Position numbers and translations under genes: made by a program
NCBI RefSeq assembly: GCF_006345805.1
Contig: NC_042999.1
Span: 46,066,001-46,130,000, forward strand
Direction of reading: 5' to 3'
Length of the DNA: 64,000 nt
Origin: Octopus sinensis
Lineage: Eukaryota
Notes under the pieces: generated by a model
Told to the model about the DNA's origin: nothing
What the model saw: only the letters and a program-made list of their open reading frames with translations
The model's database searches: none
Part shown: one piece after another, positions 24,486 to 36,499 of the stretch
Layout of the letters: every line of letters begins with the position of its first letter
Numbering within the stretch: the first letter of the stretch is position 1

Positions 24486-24716
24486 AGGCGGCGAGCTGGC
24501 AGAAATGTTAGCACTCCGGGCGAAATGCGTAGCCGTATTTCGTCTGCCGTTACGTTCTGAGTTCAAATTCCGCCGAGCTCGACTTTGCCTTTCATCCTTT
24601 CGGGGTCGATTAAATAAGTACCAGTTACGCACTGGGGTCGATATAATCGACTTAATCCGTTTGTCTGTCCTTGTTTGTCCTCTCTGTGTTTAGCCCCTTT
24701 TGGGTAGTAAAGAATT
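24486..24716 (+). mobile_element. Family B SINE with 19-bp TSD
   Basis: ataaagaatagaaaagcat at 24465-24483 and 24717-24735. Confidence 0.9.
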
Positions 24717-25142
24717 ATAAAGAATAGAAAAGCATAAACGCTGTTGTTATCTCCATGTCATCCCAATGTGACCTAACTGCAGGTAAAGGATTTAGGCAGT
24801 GTTGGAAAAGAATTATCCCCCTACTTGTCCGGTGAATCGCATTTGATACACAAGATATTTTTCTCTGGCGTCCATCAATCATAAATGATAAACCTTATCA
24901 ATTTTTTCAACGACTTTGCGACTTATGAAAGTTTGAAACAACGGATTACGGAAAGTCTGAAAACAAGCATAGGCGTTTAGGACAAACTTGTGAAAATGGT
25001 TTGGACAGGAATAGAGCTAAATAATATTTCCAGAAATGTGGTATACGCGAATAAAAACCAAACAAATAATAGAAAACAATATTTTCTGTGAAGTTACCCG
25101 ATGCATTTTGCCCAAGTCCACTTTGGCGCATTCAAACCTCTG

Positions 25143-25432
25143 AAGTACAAAATAACCCGACTATGAAAAATGAAGAAGGTGAAGATAGTGCCAATTATCG
25201 TTGGGTCATTGGGAGCAGTATCAGAAGGCATCAAGAGGAATACAAAGGTAGTTGGAACTGACTGCCCAGTAGAACTGTTACAAAAGGTTTGCCTCCTTGG
25301 CACGGCCAGAATAACCAGGAAAGTATTAGATAACTGAAAAGAACGAATAGTATGGTGCCGTAGGCTGCAGGTAGTAAGCCCACTACGCATGCAAGACTCC
25401 AGGAGCTCCAACAAAACTTGTGATAAAGAAGA
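25143..25432 (+). mobile_element. 3' end of an RLE-type non-LTR retrotransposon (family 1), ending in (TAA)n
   Basis: KYKITRL*KMKKVKIVPIIVGSLGAV..LLQKVCLLGTARITRKVLDN*, typical of the C-terminus of restriction-like-endonuclease clades (R4/HERO/NeSL). Confidence 0.8.
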
Positions 25433-25442
25433 AATGATAATG

Positions 25443-25481
<39 letters not shown>

Positions 25482-25521
25482 TAATAATAATAATGATGAT
25501 GATGATGATGATGATGATGAT

Positions 25522-26006
25522 AATATCATATTGAAAGACTTCAACAAAGAACATGCCTCCTCATTGATATGACTGTCCCAATCGATATAAACGTATCTGT
25601 CAAGACCTACCAAAAACTGAGCAAATATAAAGATCTTGAAATAGAAATCAGCAAAATGTAGAACGTGAAGACTAAAACAATACCTGTTGTCATAGGTGCC
25701 CCGGGAATGATAGCAAAAGGGGCTGATAGCTACCTAACTCAGATACCAGGAAACCCAAAAATGGCAGAAATTCAAAAGATAGTGCTCATGGGAACTGCTC
25801 ATATCCTACGCAAAATACTTTCTATGTAATCTCAAGGTTTAAAACAAACATTTTTTTTAGACATCCACCAGTACAACACAAAAAAACAACCAAATATATG
25901 GCACACTAGGCATAACAACAACGTGAACTTCCAACCTGTTGTCTCCTGAGGTCTCTGGGTGAGACTTGGAGCTAACTTGTACAAGTATAAAGCAAAAGTC
26001 AAACAT

Positions 26007-26008
<2 letters not shown>
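25522..26008 (+). mobile_element. 3' end of an R4/Dong-like RLE retrotransposon (family 2) between (TAA)n tracts
   Basis: IILKD..RTCLLIDMTVPIDINVSVKTYQKLSKYKDLEIEISKM*NVKTKTIPVVIGAPG..IQKIVLMGTAHILRKILSM* (RLE motifs), a 3' UTR, and (TAA)n on both sides. Confidence 0.9.
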
Positions 26009-26064
<56 letters not shown>

Positions 26065-26084
26065 CAATAATCTTTTCTACCAAA

Positions 26085-26290
26085 AGCACAAGACCTGAAA
26101 TTTCGGGGAAGAGGACTAGTCGATTACATCAACTCCAGTGTTTCACCGGTACTTAATTTATTGACCCTGAAATGATGAAAGGCAAAGTCAACCTCAGCGG
26201 AATTTGAATTCAGAACGTGAAGACGGACGAAATGCCGCTAAGAATTTTGTCCGGCGTGCTAACGATTCTGCCAGCTCACCGCTTTCATCG
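26085..26290 (-). mobile_element. Family B SINE
   Basis: Reverse-complement head, B box and central domain. Confidence 0.8.
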
Positions 26291-26292
26291 CC

Positions 26293-26351
<59 letters not shown>

Positions 26352-26451
26352 TCTTTCTACTATACGCACAAACCCAGAAAATTTGAGAGAGGGGGTAAAT
26401 CAATTACATCGACCCTAGTGTTTCACTGGTACTTATTTCACTGATCCCCCA

Positions 26452-26856
26452 TAGGCGCAGGAGTGGTTGTGTGGTAAGTAGCTTGCTAACCAACCACATG
26501 GTTCCGGGTTCAGTCCCACTGCGTGGCATCTTGGGCAAGTGTCTTCTGCTATAGCCCCGGGCCGACCAATGCCTTGTGAGTGGATTTGGTAGACGGAAAC
26601 TGAAAGAAGCCTGTCGTATATATGTATATATATATGTATGTGTGTGTATGTGTTTGTCCCCCTAGCATTGCCTGACAACCGATGCTGGTGTGTTTACATC
26701 CCCGTCACTTAGCGGCTCGGCAAAAGAGACCGATAGAATAAGTACTGGGCTTACAAAGAATAAGTCCCGGGGTCGATTTGCTCGACTAAAGGCGGTGCTC
26801 CAGCATGGCCGCAGTCAAATGACTGAAACAAGTAAAAGAGTAAAGAGAGAGTAAAG
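26452..26856 (+). mobile_element. Family A SINE, full length
   Basis: Complete head, core and tail. Confidence 0.9.
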
Positions 26857-27706
26857 AACATAAAGCAATGTCGACCTTGGTGGAATTTGAAATCAGAAGA
26901 CGGAAAGACGGAAGAAACATATTTTGTCCAATGCGCTAAAGATTCTACCACTCTTTTCAGAGTGAAAGGTAAATCTGACTTCAGCAGAATTTGAACTCAG
27001 AAAACAGGGAGCCAGACTCAATATTACAAAGCATTTCGACTCTTTTGATTCGTTACCATACGTTGCAGAAATCACCGTGGTGAGGAAAGCCAAGCCAAAA
27101 ATAAGCTAGAATTCATAAATTATCGCCGAAAATGATTATTTGAATAAGTAAAATAGCCTCTTAATTTACCAATTATTGATTCCTATCCCAATTATTATTG
27201 ATTCCAATTCCAGCCTCCTTTAATTCCAATTATTTAAAAAAATTTATTCCAGGTCAGTCATGACCAATCAGACCTGTGATCAAATACGTTCCATTCATGA
27301 CCTTCCTGTAAATTTTAGGTGTAGTATGTATAGGACCGCATTCTCCAATGTTATATTTTAAGGAAATAGGATGTGACATGAGGGAGGTTCAGCTGATATT
27401 TCTAATATACCGAACGACCGTATAGGAGCCTTCTTCTTAGCGGTGTTTTATTTCAAATTAAGTTGGTGACCATTTGAGGGCAACTTGAAATTCTCTTGAA
27501 AGCAAGTATTTTAACATATCGCATTCACTTTTGCCCCAGACATTGAGATTTGCGAGCCAACGGAAGGCAGTGTACTTTATGTGGCCAATCATCCACCAGC
27601 AGCTAAGAAAAATGGCTATAAACCCCTAAACCACTGCTCACCGTTTTGAAAAACTATAAACTGGATTATGTAAACCAATAGATTTTGTGCTAAAGTAAGG
27701 GAAGGA

Positions 27707-27749
<43 letters not shown>

Positions 27750-27769
27750 GGGGGTATAGAGAGGTATAA

Positions 27770-28003
27770 AAGGTGGCGAGCTGGCAGAAACGTTAGCAGG
27801 CCGGGCAAAATGCTTAGCGGTATTTCGTCTGCGTTACGTTGTGAGTTCGAATTCCGCCGAGGTCGACTTTGCCTTTCATCCTTTCGGGGTCGATAAATTA
27901 AGTACCAGTTACGCACTGGGGATCGATGTAATCGACTTAATACCTATGCCTGTCCTTGTTTGTCCCCTCTGTGTTTAGCCCCTTGTGGGTAATAAAGAAA
28001 TAG
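27770..28003 (+). mobile_element. Family B SINE with 15-bp TSD
   Basis: ggtatagagaggtat at 27753-27767 and 28003-28017. Confidence 0.9.
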
Positions 28004-28493
28004 GTATAGAGAGGTATGGGGGAGATAGATAGGAAGGGCGAGCGAGTGTGTGTGCGTGCGTGCGCGTGAGACAGGCGATGCGTGATTACATTTGGAATTT
28101 CTTTGAACCTAAGTCTGTTTGAAAGACGCCGATGTAAGGCTAACCGTCATCTGTACTATCAGCACGACGACGACGACGACCACCACCACCACCACCACCA
28201 CCACCATCACCACCACCACCACCATCAACAACAATAACAATAAGAACGAACGAACAAGAAAACCTTTACATTGCAACTGCACCCGTTTAGAAATGACCAA
28301 ATTCCTTCGAATTACGTCCTATCGTTTGAAGTGAACAATTGTCTTAACTAAGACAGTTCTGCCCTATATACCTCTGAAAAAGGGAAGATGATCACGGCTG
28401 GAATGCATTTGATCCAAGGAGCTAAACAACAACGACAAGAAACGTCTATGTCGTTTAAACTTCTAGAAATAACAGCCAAATAACAGAAATAAC

Positions 28494-28661
28494 AGGCGTA
28501 GGAGTGGCTGTGTGGTAAGTAGCTTGTTTACCAGCCACATGGTTCCGGGTTCAGTCCCACTGCGTGGCACCTTGAGCAAGTGTCTTCTACTATATAGCCT
28601 CGGGCCGACCAAAGCCTTGTGAGTGGATTTGGTAGACGGAAACTGACAGAAGCCCGTCGTA

Positions 28662-28754
<93 letters not shown>

Positions 28755-28978
28755 GTGTGTGTTTGTGTGAGTGTGTTTGTCCCCCTAGCATTGCTTGACA
28801 ACCGATGCTGGTGTGTTTATGTCCCCGTTACTCAGCGGTTCGGCAAAAAGAGACCGATAGAATAAGTACTGGGCTTACAAAAGAATAAGTCCCGGGGTCG
28901 AGTTGCTCGATTAAAGGCGGTGCTCCAGCATGGCCGCAGTCAAATGACTGAAACAAGTAAAAGAGTAAAAGAGAGTAA
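28494..28978 (+). mobile_element. Family A SINE with expanded internal (TA)n
   Basis: Complete head and tail. Confidence 0.9.
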
Positions 28979-29186
28979 ATCTCTCTCTCTCAAATTACAT
29001 TTTACTATTCTTTAAAATAGTTATATACAGGTACAACAGAACCTGTACTTTACTATTCCAGCTGGGGGAACACATACGCCATAGAAACCGGGAAACCGGG
29101 CCCATGAGCGTGGCTAGGCTTGAAAAGGCCACATAAATAAACAAAATAAATTCTTTAAAATATAGTCCGGGATATGTTATGCCTGG

Positions 29187-29690
29187 TTGGAGGCGCAATG
29201 GCCTAGTGGTTTGAGCAGCGGACACGCGGTCGTAGGATCGCGGTTTCGATTCCCAGCCCGGGCATTGTAAGTGTTTATTGAGCGAAAACACCTAAAGCTG
29301 CACGAGGCTCCGGGAGTGGGTGCTGGTGAACCTTGCTGTACTCTTTCACCACAAATTTCTTTCACTCTTTCTTCCTGTTTCTGTTGTACCTGTATTTCAA
29401 TGGGCCAGCCTTGTCACTCTCTGTGTCACGCTGAATCTCCCCGAGAACTACGTTAAGGGTACACGTGTCTGTGGAGTGCTCAGCCACTTGCACGTTAATA
29501 GATGAGTTGCGACACGACTGGTGCCAAGCTGTACCGGGCTTTGCCTTTCCCTAGGATAACATCGGTGGCTTGGAGAGGGGAAGCTGCATGGGCGACTACT
29601 GGTCTTCCATAAGCAACCTTGCCCAGACTTGTGCCTCGGAGGGTAACTTTCTAGGTGCAATTCCATGGCCATTCATGACCGAAGGGGGTC
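29187..29690 (+). mobile_element. Composite tRNA-SINE (family E/C head plus family C 3' module)
   Basis: tggaggcgcaatggcctagtgg..ggtttcgattccc head, then a body, joined at about 29500 to gatgagttgcgac..gaccgaagggggtc. Confidence 0.75.
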
Positions 29691-30235
29691 ACAACAATGT
29701 TATGCCTGAGCAAAAAAAGAGGGTTTGGTCACAGCTGGACTGCCTTAGATAACGATTCTGTCCGATCAGGGCTGACCTGGTCTAAATAACAACAACGACG
29801 ACGAGGGCGGCGGCGGTGGCGGCGACCACACCACGACGACAGCGACGTCACAACGGCAGCCACGATAACGACGACGGCCACGACGACGACGACGGCGGCC
29901 ACGATAGCCACGACCATTAGACATGTTAGTGTATCATACTTTTTACTTAAATGCAACCTAAAGTTCTATTGTTTGAAACATCAATAAAATACATTGTCGC
30001 TATTGAGTAACACCAACAGTTGTGTTATATGAAAGATACGTTTCTTTTTCAGTGGTTTGATATTTATCTCGAGATGACGTCTGCTTTTTGGCCAAAGGTT
30101 ACACAATCACGAGCATATACAGAAGTCTTACCATACATCTATCCACTTATTTCTGTGTCTATCAATGTTTCTTTTCACCAGAATATCATTTTTGTGTTTA
30201 TTTCAGTTTATATGCCAAGGGAAATATATACATAT

Positions 30236-30646
30236 AGGGGCAGATGTGGCTGTGTGATAAGAAGCTTACTTTCCAACAACATGGTTCCAGGTTCAGTCCC
30301 ACTGCGTGGCACCTTGGGCAAGTGTCTTCTACTATCGTCTCGGGCCGACCAAAGCCTTGTGAGTGGATTTCGCTGATGGAAACTGGAAGAAGCCCATTGT
30401 ATCTGTGTATGTGTGTGTGTGTCTTTGTGTCTGTATTCATCAACCTCACGACTGCGAGTCAACTGGTGCTGGTGCGTTTACGTCCCTATAACTAAGCGGT
30501 TCGGCAAAAGAGCAGGATAGTATAAGCACCCGGCTTATAAAAATGTAAGCAAGCACTGGGTTCGATACATTTGACTAAAAATGCTTTTATGTGGTCCCCC
30601 AGCATGGCCACAGTCTAATAACTGAAGCAAGTAAAAGATAAAAGAT
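30236..30646 (+). mobile_element. Family A SINE
   Basis: Head, core and tail recognisable. Confidence 0.85.
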
Positions 30647-31364
30647 GAAACCACATATTTTGTAGTTGCTGCTTACTCTCCAGTATTCTCTCTGAAGGGG
30701 AGAGGAGAAGAATAGGGAAAGGGTGGGAGAGAAAAACAGAAAGGAAGAACAAGAGAAGGAGATAGATAGAATAGAGATAGGATGTAGAGTGCGCATCGGA
30801 ATTATTAAGATAAAACTTACTTGGAAATGGATGCGTGGCGTTCCACCGTTCCCCCTCTCTCTCACCCTCACTCTTCCTCCTTGACTATCTCGTTGCTCAC
30901 ACGTGACCAACGGCTATCTTTCTTTCTTTCTTTCTTCCACTTCCTTCCTAAAGACAAGACGTGCTTTTGCCTGTCTCTTCTCAAAGCTCGTTTTTCCAGC
31001 GTTCACCACTTTACCTCGTCATGGCTTAACAACCTTCACCGCTTGTTTTTACTGTTTTGTTCTTACTGTCCTGTTTTTGTTACCACTTTAACCCTCCGCA
31101 AAAATCCCAAGTTTTATTCAATTTGCTTTGCGGGAAGGACTGTTTTAACGAAGTTGCGTCTTGTCCCTACCTTCGAAACGTGGAGTAGATAAAACGGGAC
31201 AACTGATGAAGGGAATGTCCTTTATGCTACCTGTCTCGTTTCTCTATTTGTTTCTTTCCTTGTTCGAAAAAAGTTCGCTTTCTATGTTTTTGCTTTTTAT
31301 GTTCTTGTTTCTCATTGTGTTAACTTTTTTTAACGTCCTGTACCCATATATGCATGTGCGGAGA

Positions 31365-31570
31365 CCCTCTTCGGTCACGAATGACCATGGGGTTGCACCT
31401 AGAAAGTAACCCTCCAAGGCACAAGTCCGGGCAAGGTTGTTTATGGAAGACCAGTAGTCGTCCTTGCATACCGGCCTCCCCTCTCCATGCCACCAATGTT
31501 ATCCAAGGGAAAGGCAAAGGCCGATACAGCTTGGCATCAGTGACGTCGCAACTCATTTCTACAACTGAGT
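31365..31570 (-). mobile_element. Family C SINE 3' module
   Basis: Matches 14228-14440. Confidence 0.75.
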
Positions 31571-32679
31571 TATAAGAGCGTCGGAGAGATTATTTTAAGG
31601 TTATCATTCTAACTCTCTATACTCTGAGTTCAAATCCTGCTGAGGTCAAATTTGCCTTTCATTTTCTTGAGGTCGATAAATAAAATACCAGTTCTGCATT
31701 GAAATCGATTTTAATATTTGATGAGGTATGGGCTCCTCAACGTCTAAAAATGCCCAAGTACATGTTGTAAGTCGAAACGACGTCCGTACGATTTTATAAA
31801 TCCTTTATGCGCCTGCAGTATGGCATATATATTAAATGTAATATCTATATTTTTAAGTTTTTAAAATGATTTTATGGCTGTCTATTGTTCATTTATATAT
31901 TTATTGAGATTTTACAGACAATCGAATTTAGCTTTTGGATGGTTTTGGAACAGCTTGTCTTCGACATTGTTGAGGTAGGAAGAATAAAAGCATCATAGTA
32001 AAGACAGAAATACTTGAAGAAAAAAAAGAGAAAAATGTGGAGAGGGGAAAGAGGGGAGAGAGAGAGGGGGGGAGTATATCTCTCAGAAAAATCGAAAACA
32101 AAAATAAAGAATGTTTAAAATGAATTATTTTAATTTTAAATTCGTTCGATAAATTTGGGAAAAAATATTTATGAAACATTTGAACAAGAAAAAAAATAAT
32201 AACTACCAGAACACGTGACTAAAACTACAGTCATGCAAGTTTTCGTTGTGGACATCAATTAAAATTTTTTTTTAAGATTGGCTGGTTGACATTAATCCAT
32301 TCTCTGTTAGTACACATTATCGAATGAGAAGCAGAAGCAGAATACACATCAATGTCACTTTGAGCGCGACACTTCGGATTACCGCTCTCTTACTCTCGTG
32401 TCAGTCTCTTTTCTCAGTTATGGAATATTATATATTTTTTATTCACATTCATTTACATATGCAAAAAAAGAAAGGACTAAAATATAAAAGTCAGCAACAA
32501 ACAACAACAACAACAACAACAACAACGGAGACATCAACAGTGAACACGATAATGTATGTATGTATTATATTTATATTTTAAAATTCTTTGGCGATAGGAT
32601 TAATCTCTTGTTCAGTTTAATACCACCATCTGTTGCCTAGAGTAGGCCTTTATATAATTTCCGTCGCAGCAGTCATCGT

Positions 32680-33310
32680 TCTATGTGAACCTCGGTACAG
32701 TAGATCTTTAGGGTGGCCCTGTGTAGCAAATGCACCATATTCTGTGTGGCAACACTGTTCCGATGCGAATTGTGTCTGAGCTTTGCAAGTGGTTAGTTGT
32801 TGGAGTTTTAAGCATTTTCTAGTTCTGAGAAGAAAGGCAAGTCTTTGTGATACATTCTTCGCTAAGTTGAGATTTTACATTCACCTAGAGAGGTCTTCAG
32901 TGATAGTGAGGGCCCAAACATTTGGGGTAACTATCAAAGTTCTAGTTTCTAGTTGCAGGCTGTTCATATTTAGCGGGTGGGCAATGTGTGGTAAAAGACT
33001 CCCTTCGGTCATGAATGACCATGGGATTGAACCTAGAAAGCTCTCCTCCTAGGCATAGGTCCGGGAAAGATTGGTTATGGAAGATCAGCAGTCACCCATG
33101 CATACCAGCCTCCACGCCTCCACACCACTAATGTTATCCTAGGGAGTTGCAAAGGCCGATACAGCTTGGCATCACTGAGCCGTGCGCCTTGTAATATTTT
33201 CGTAATATGTACAATGATTGCTGTACATACCGAGCTGTTGTGTAAGACCAGATTACCATGATATCGTTGGAGGATGTTTTCGAGGTTGCATGCGGTTAAC
33301 GCTTGGGTGC
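32680..33310 (-). mobile_element. Decayed CR1-group LINE fragment split by a family C SINE module (32995-33180)
   Basis: Minus-strand LENILQRYHGNLVLHNSS / WALTITEDLSR..NLAKNVSQRLAFLLRTRKCL..CKAQ, the same region as in 22505-23230. Confidence 0.6.
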
Positions 33311-33364
33311 AAGAAAGATAGGGAAGAAAGGACATCATTTGAAGGATCTTTGTTTGCTATTTCT

Positions 33365-33780
33365 TATTTCTTTATTGCTCACAAGGGGCTAAACATAGAG
33401 AGGATAAACAAGAGCTGAAAAAACGGATTAACTCGATGAGATTGACCCCAGTGCGTAACTGGTACTTATTTAATCGACCCCGAAAGGATGAAAGGCAAAG
33501 TCAACCTCGGCGGAATTTGAACGCAGAATGTAAAGACAGACGGAAAACCTATTTCTTTACAACCCACAAGGGGCTAAACACAAAGAGAACAAACAAGGAC
33601 AGATAAAGGGATTAAGTCGATTACATCGACCTCAGTGCGTAACTGGTACTTAATTTATCGACCCCGAAAGGATGAAAGGCAAAGTCGACCTCGGCGGAAT
33701 TTGAACTCAGAACGTAAAGACAGACGAAATACCGCTCAGCATTTCGCACGGCTCGCGAACGATTCTGCCAGCTCGCCGCC
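33365..33780 (-). mobile_element. Family B SINE dimer
   Basis: Two long-tail bodies with a junction at about 33545. Confidence 0.85.
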
Positions 33781-33802
33781 TTTTCTTTGCTATTTCTTGC
33801 AG

Positions 33803-33940
33803 GCAGAACGGCCTGTGCTGGGTGACAATAATCTCGACCAAATAGAATTTCGGAAAATAAACAAGAACTTCAGTAGTGTAGCGGGACTGTTTGCCGCCCG
33901 AGTCAGCCCTTTGGTGTGCCGCTCCCGCTTCTCATTACAG
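33803..33940 (+). other. Candidate internal exon (138 nt, phase 0-0, open frame AERPVLGDNNLDQIEFRK...SRFSLQ)
   Basis: Acceptor ttttctttgctatttcttgcag and donor CAG|GTAAAT. GC-richer non-repetitive sequence. No recognisable domain. Confidence 0.3.
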
Positions 33941-34535
33941 GTAAATACGGCAGACATTGAAGTGCTGCTCTCATAGAAGTGACGCTCAGAGTAGACCACC
34001 TCCATGCCTTTTCCCTTCATAAGCTACGCTACAGCCGTAATCGAAAGAATAGATCGATGGAATAAAAAGGTTTTTTTTGTTTTTTTTTGAAAGAGTAAGT
34101 TTGATAATATTCCTTGAGCTAAATATTTATTCTCTATTTTTTTTGCTGAACTTTGATTTCGTCTCTGCTGATTGCCAAGTCAAACAATTACTCACTTTAG
34201 TTATTCTATTATGTGAAAGTCGAACAAATAGTCTGAATAAACATTGTGACTGCCATCGTAGCCGTTGTTTCCGTTGCAGCATTCGTTGTTCTATGCCAAC
34301 CTTACTTCAGCACATCTTTGACCTCAAGACATCTGGTTTTTTTTTTCTTTTCTTTCTTTTTCTTTTTTAAGGAAGTGTTGAACTGCTTTGTCTTATGAAT
34401 TCTTTCCACATTTAAAGCAGTATGGTGTTATTTGAAAGGAATTTGGTTGCTATTTCTAGATTGAGAAACGATGTTAGAAGCTATCTCGCTGGCAATGGAG
34501 GGATTTATCACTCTACATGTATGTTTGTATATATG

Positions 34536-34748
34536 CTCTTTTACTTGTTTCAGTCATTTGATTGCGGGCATGCTGGAGCACCGCCTTTAGTCGAGCAAAT
34601 CGACCCCAGGACTTATTCTTTGTAAGCCTAGTACTTATTCTATCGGTCTCTTTTGCCGAACCGCTAAGTTACGGGGACGTAAACACACCAGCATCGGTTG
34701 TCAAGCGATGTTGGTGGGGGGGGGGAACAAACACAGGCACACAAACAC
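34536..34748 (-). mobile_element. Family A SINE 3' half
   Basis: Tail and 3' body only. Confidence 0.8.
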
Positions 34749-34939
34749 ACACGGTCAGTTTGACTGCTATATTTAGCATGCCAGTACTGCTTGTTAGTAC
34801 ACTTAATTACTCATTGGCAATTTTTTACCGTCATGAGTTCATACGCATGTTAAGCCACTGATATTATAAACAACAATATCCTCATACACACACACACACA
34901 CGTGCGCGCGCACACACACACACACACACATATATTTAT

Positions 34940-35527
34940 ATATATATAATAAAAAATGGGACAAGAACGCAAAACATCCAGACAACTACGTGATACAAAA
35001 AGGGACAACAAAACATCCAGATAGACGATACAAAAAACACAAGGACAGGTCATTCAAAGCTTTCTATCCCCAGTCAAGAACCAGATCATCCTCGCAATTT
35101 TAATACTTTTGATATATATTTAAAATAATATAAATTAAATTAATTTTATGTATTGGCTTATGTTTTTCATTGTTTGATTTGCCTAATAGTGGTTTTATCT
35201 CTAATTTAATATAATATAATATAATATATTTATACTATAAAATTGGATTTAATCCTAAATCTGATTTTTCGCTGTAAGTTTGGATTTATTCCATAATATT
35301 TTATTATTAATTTATATATATATATATTCAATATGTGACAGCGTGTATCGTTGACAATTTTTTTCCTCCGTTTTCCCTTCCTTGGATCTTTCCTTTTTCT
35401 ATGTTTCTGACGAAGAGCTCCGCTCGAAACGTTAAATCCTTCTTCTTTCTTTCCTTTCCTGAGCGTCCAGTAACACTATACTTGTTGTGCGTTGTTGTGT
35501 TTTCTTTTAGTGTTTTCATGTTTGGAT

Positions 35528-35545
<18 letters not shown>
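34940..35545. repeat. (TA)n-bounded composite repeat, probably Penelope terminal-repeat derived
   Basis: Its modules recur elsewhere: 34950-35100 at 41090-41240, 35240-35295 within the 46-48 kb array, 35345-35545 at 44930-45110. Contains a hammerhead core. Confidence 0.65.
35403..35437 (+). ncRNA. Minimal type I hammerhead ribozyme motif (core intact)
   Basis: gttt CTGACGA a gagc tcc gctc GAAAC GTT aaat: CUGANGA core, 4-bp stem II, GAAA, palindromic AC/GU stem III, GUU cleavage triplet, and ttt/aaa stem I. Confidence 0.65.
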
Positions 35546-35568
<23 letters not shown>

Positions 35569-36499
35569 TTACACACACATATATGCACACACCATACATA
35601 TATGAATAAATTATTATTAAATGAGGGTTTTGCAACCATTTATATAAACAGATATAATGTATCTAACCCACCTAATGGTCGCTCTACCTGTCTTCTTATG
35701 AACAAATACGAAAATAAAAACTGGCTAGCGAATAATATGTCCAATTAGAATACTGCTAAACTGTTGAAATTTTCCATCACGTGCATGCATACATAGGCCA
35801 AAGGTTGAAATAGACTGGTACGTTTAATAATACAGGATTGGCTTCTAGGCGCTAACACCCCACCCAAAACTTTCACCTGTTTCACCCCACCCAGACAACT
35901 TCGACGACCCTCAAACACCTCCTCCACCCACCATCACCACCACCATCACCACCACCAACAACAACAACAAAATCAACGCCATTATCCACATCATTATCAT
36001 CAACAAGCGCTCTCCATGTGGTTGCTTGGCGTGCTAGAAATAGCAGGGAGATTATTTCAAAATACACCTGACTATTTTGGGATAATGTAGTTTTGAGTGT
36101 CATTAAATTGACGGGATGGTCACGGCTGGAACGCCTTTGATTTTTTTTGGTTTTGCTCCATCAAATTTGACCTGATCACGCAGATTAACTGCTGTAACAT
36201 CGTCATCACCATCACTGCCTTCATCATCATTACCACTACTATCATCGCAGCCACTAACAACATCCTTACCAATCCTCCTCCTCCTCCTCCTCATCATCAT
36301 CATCCTCATTACTACCACCATTATCATTACCATCGCCATCACTACTATTACCACCACTTCCTCCTCCATCCCGTGTTCTCCAGCATGTTCCATTCATTCA
36401 GTAAAGCAGGTCTGACTATGAAGTTTAAAATAGAGGTCAGCCTTTCATTTGAAGTTCGGACGGTAAGGAACGGAAAAAAAAATGGCAATATTTCTAATG

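Noticed and set aside
31165-31230. GAAAC ... CTGATGA arrangement as a type II/III hammerhead (similar half-site at about 45360)
   Set aside because: No consistent stems II and III can be drawn; only a half core is present.
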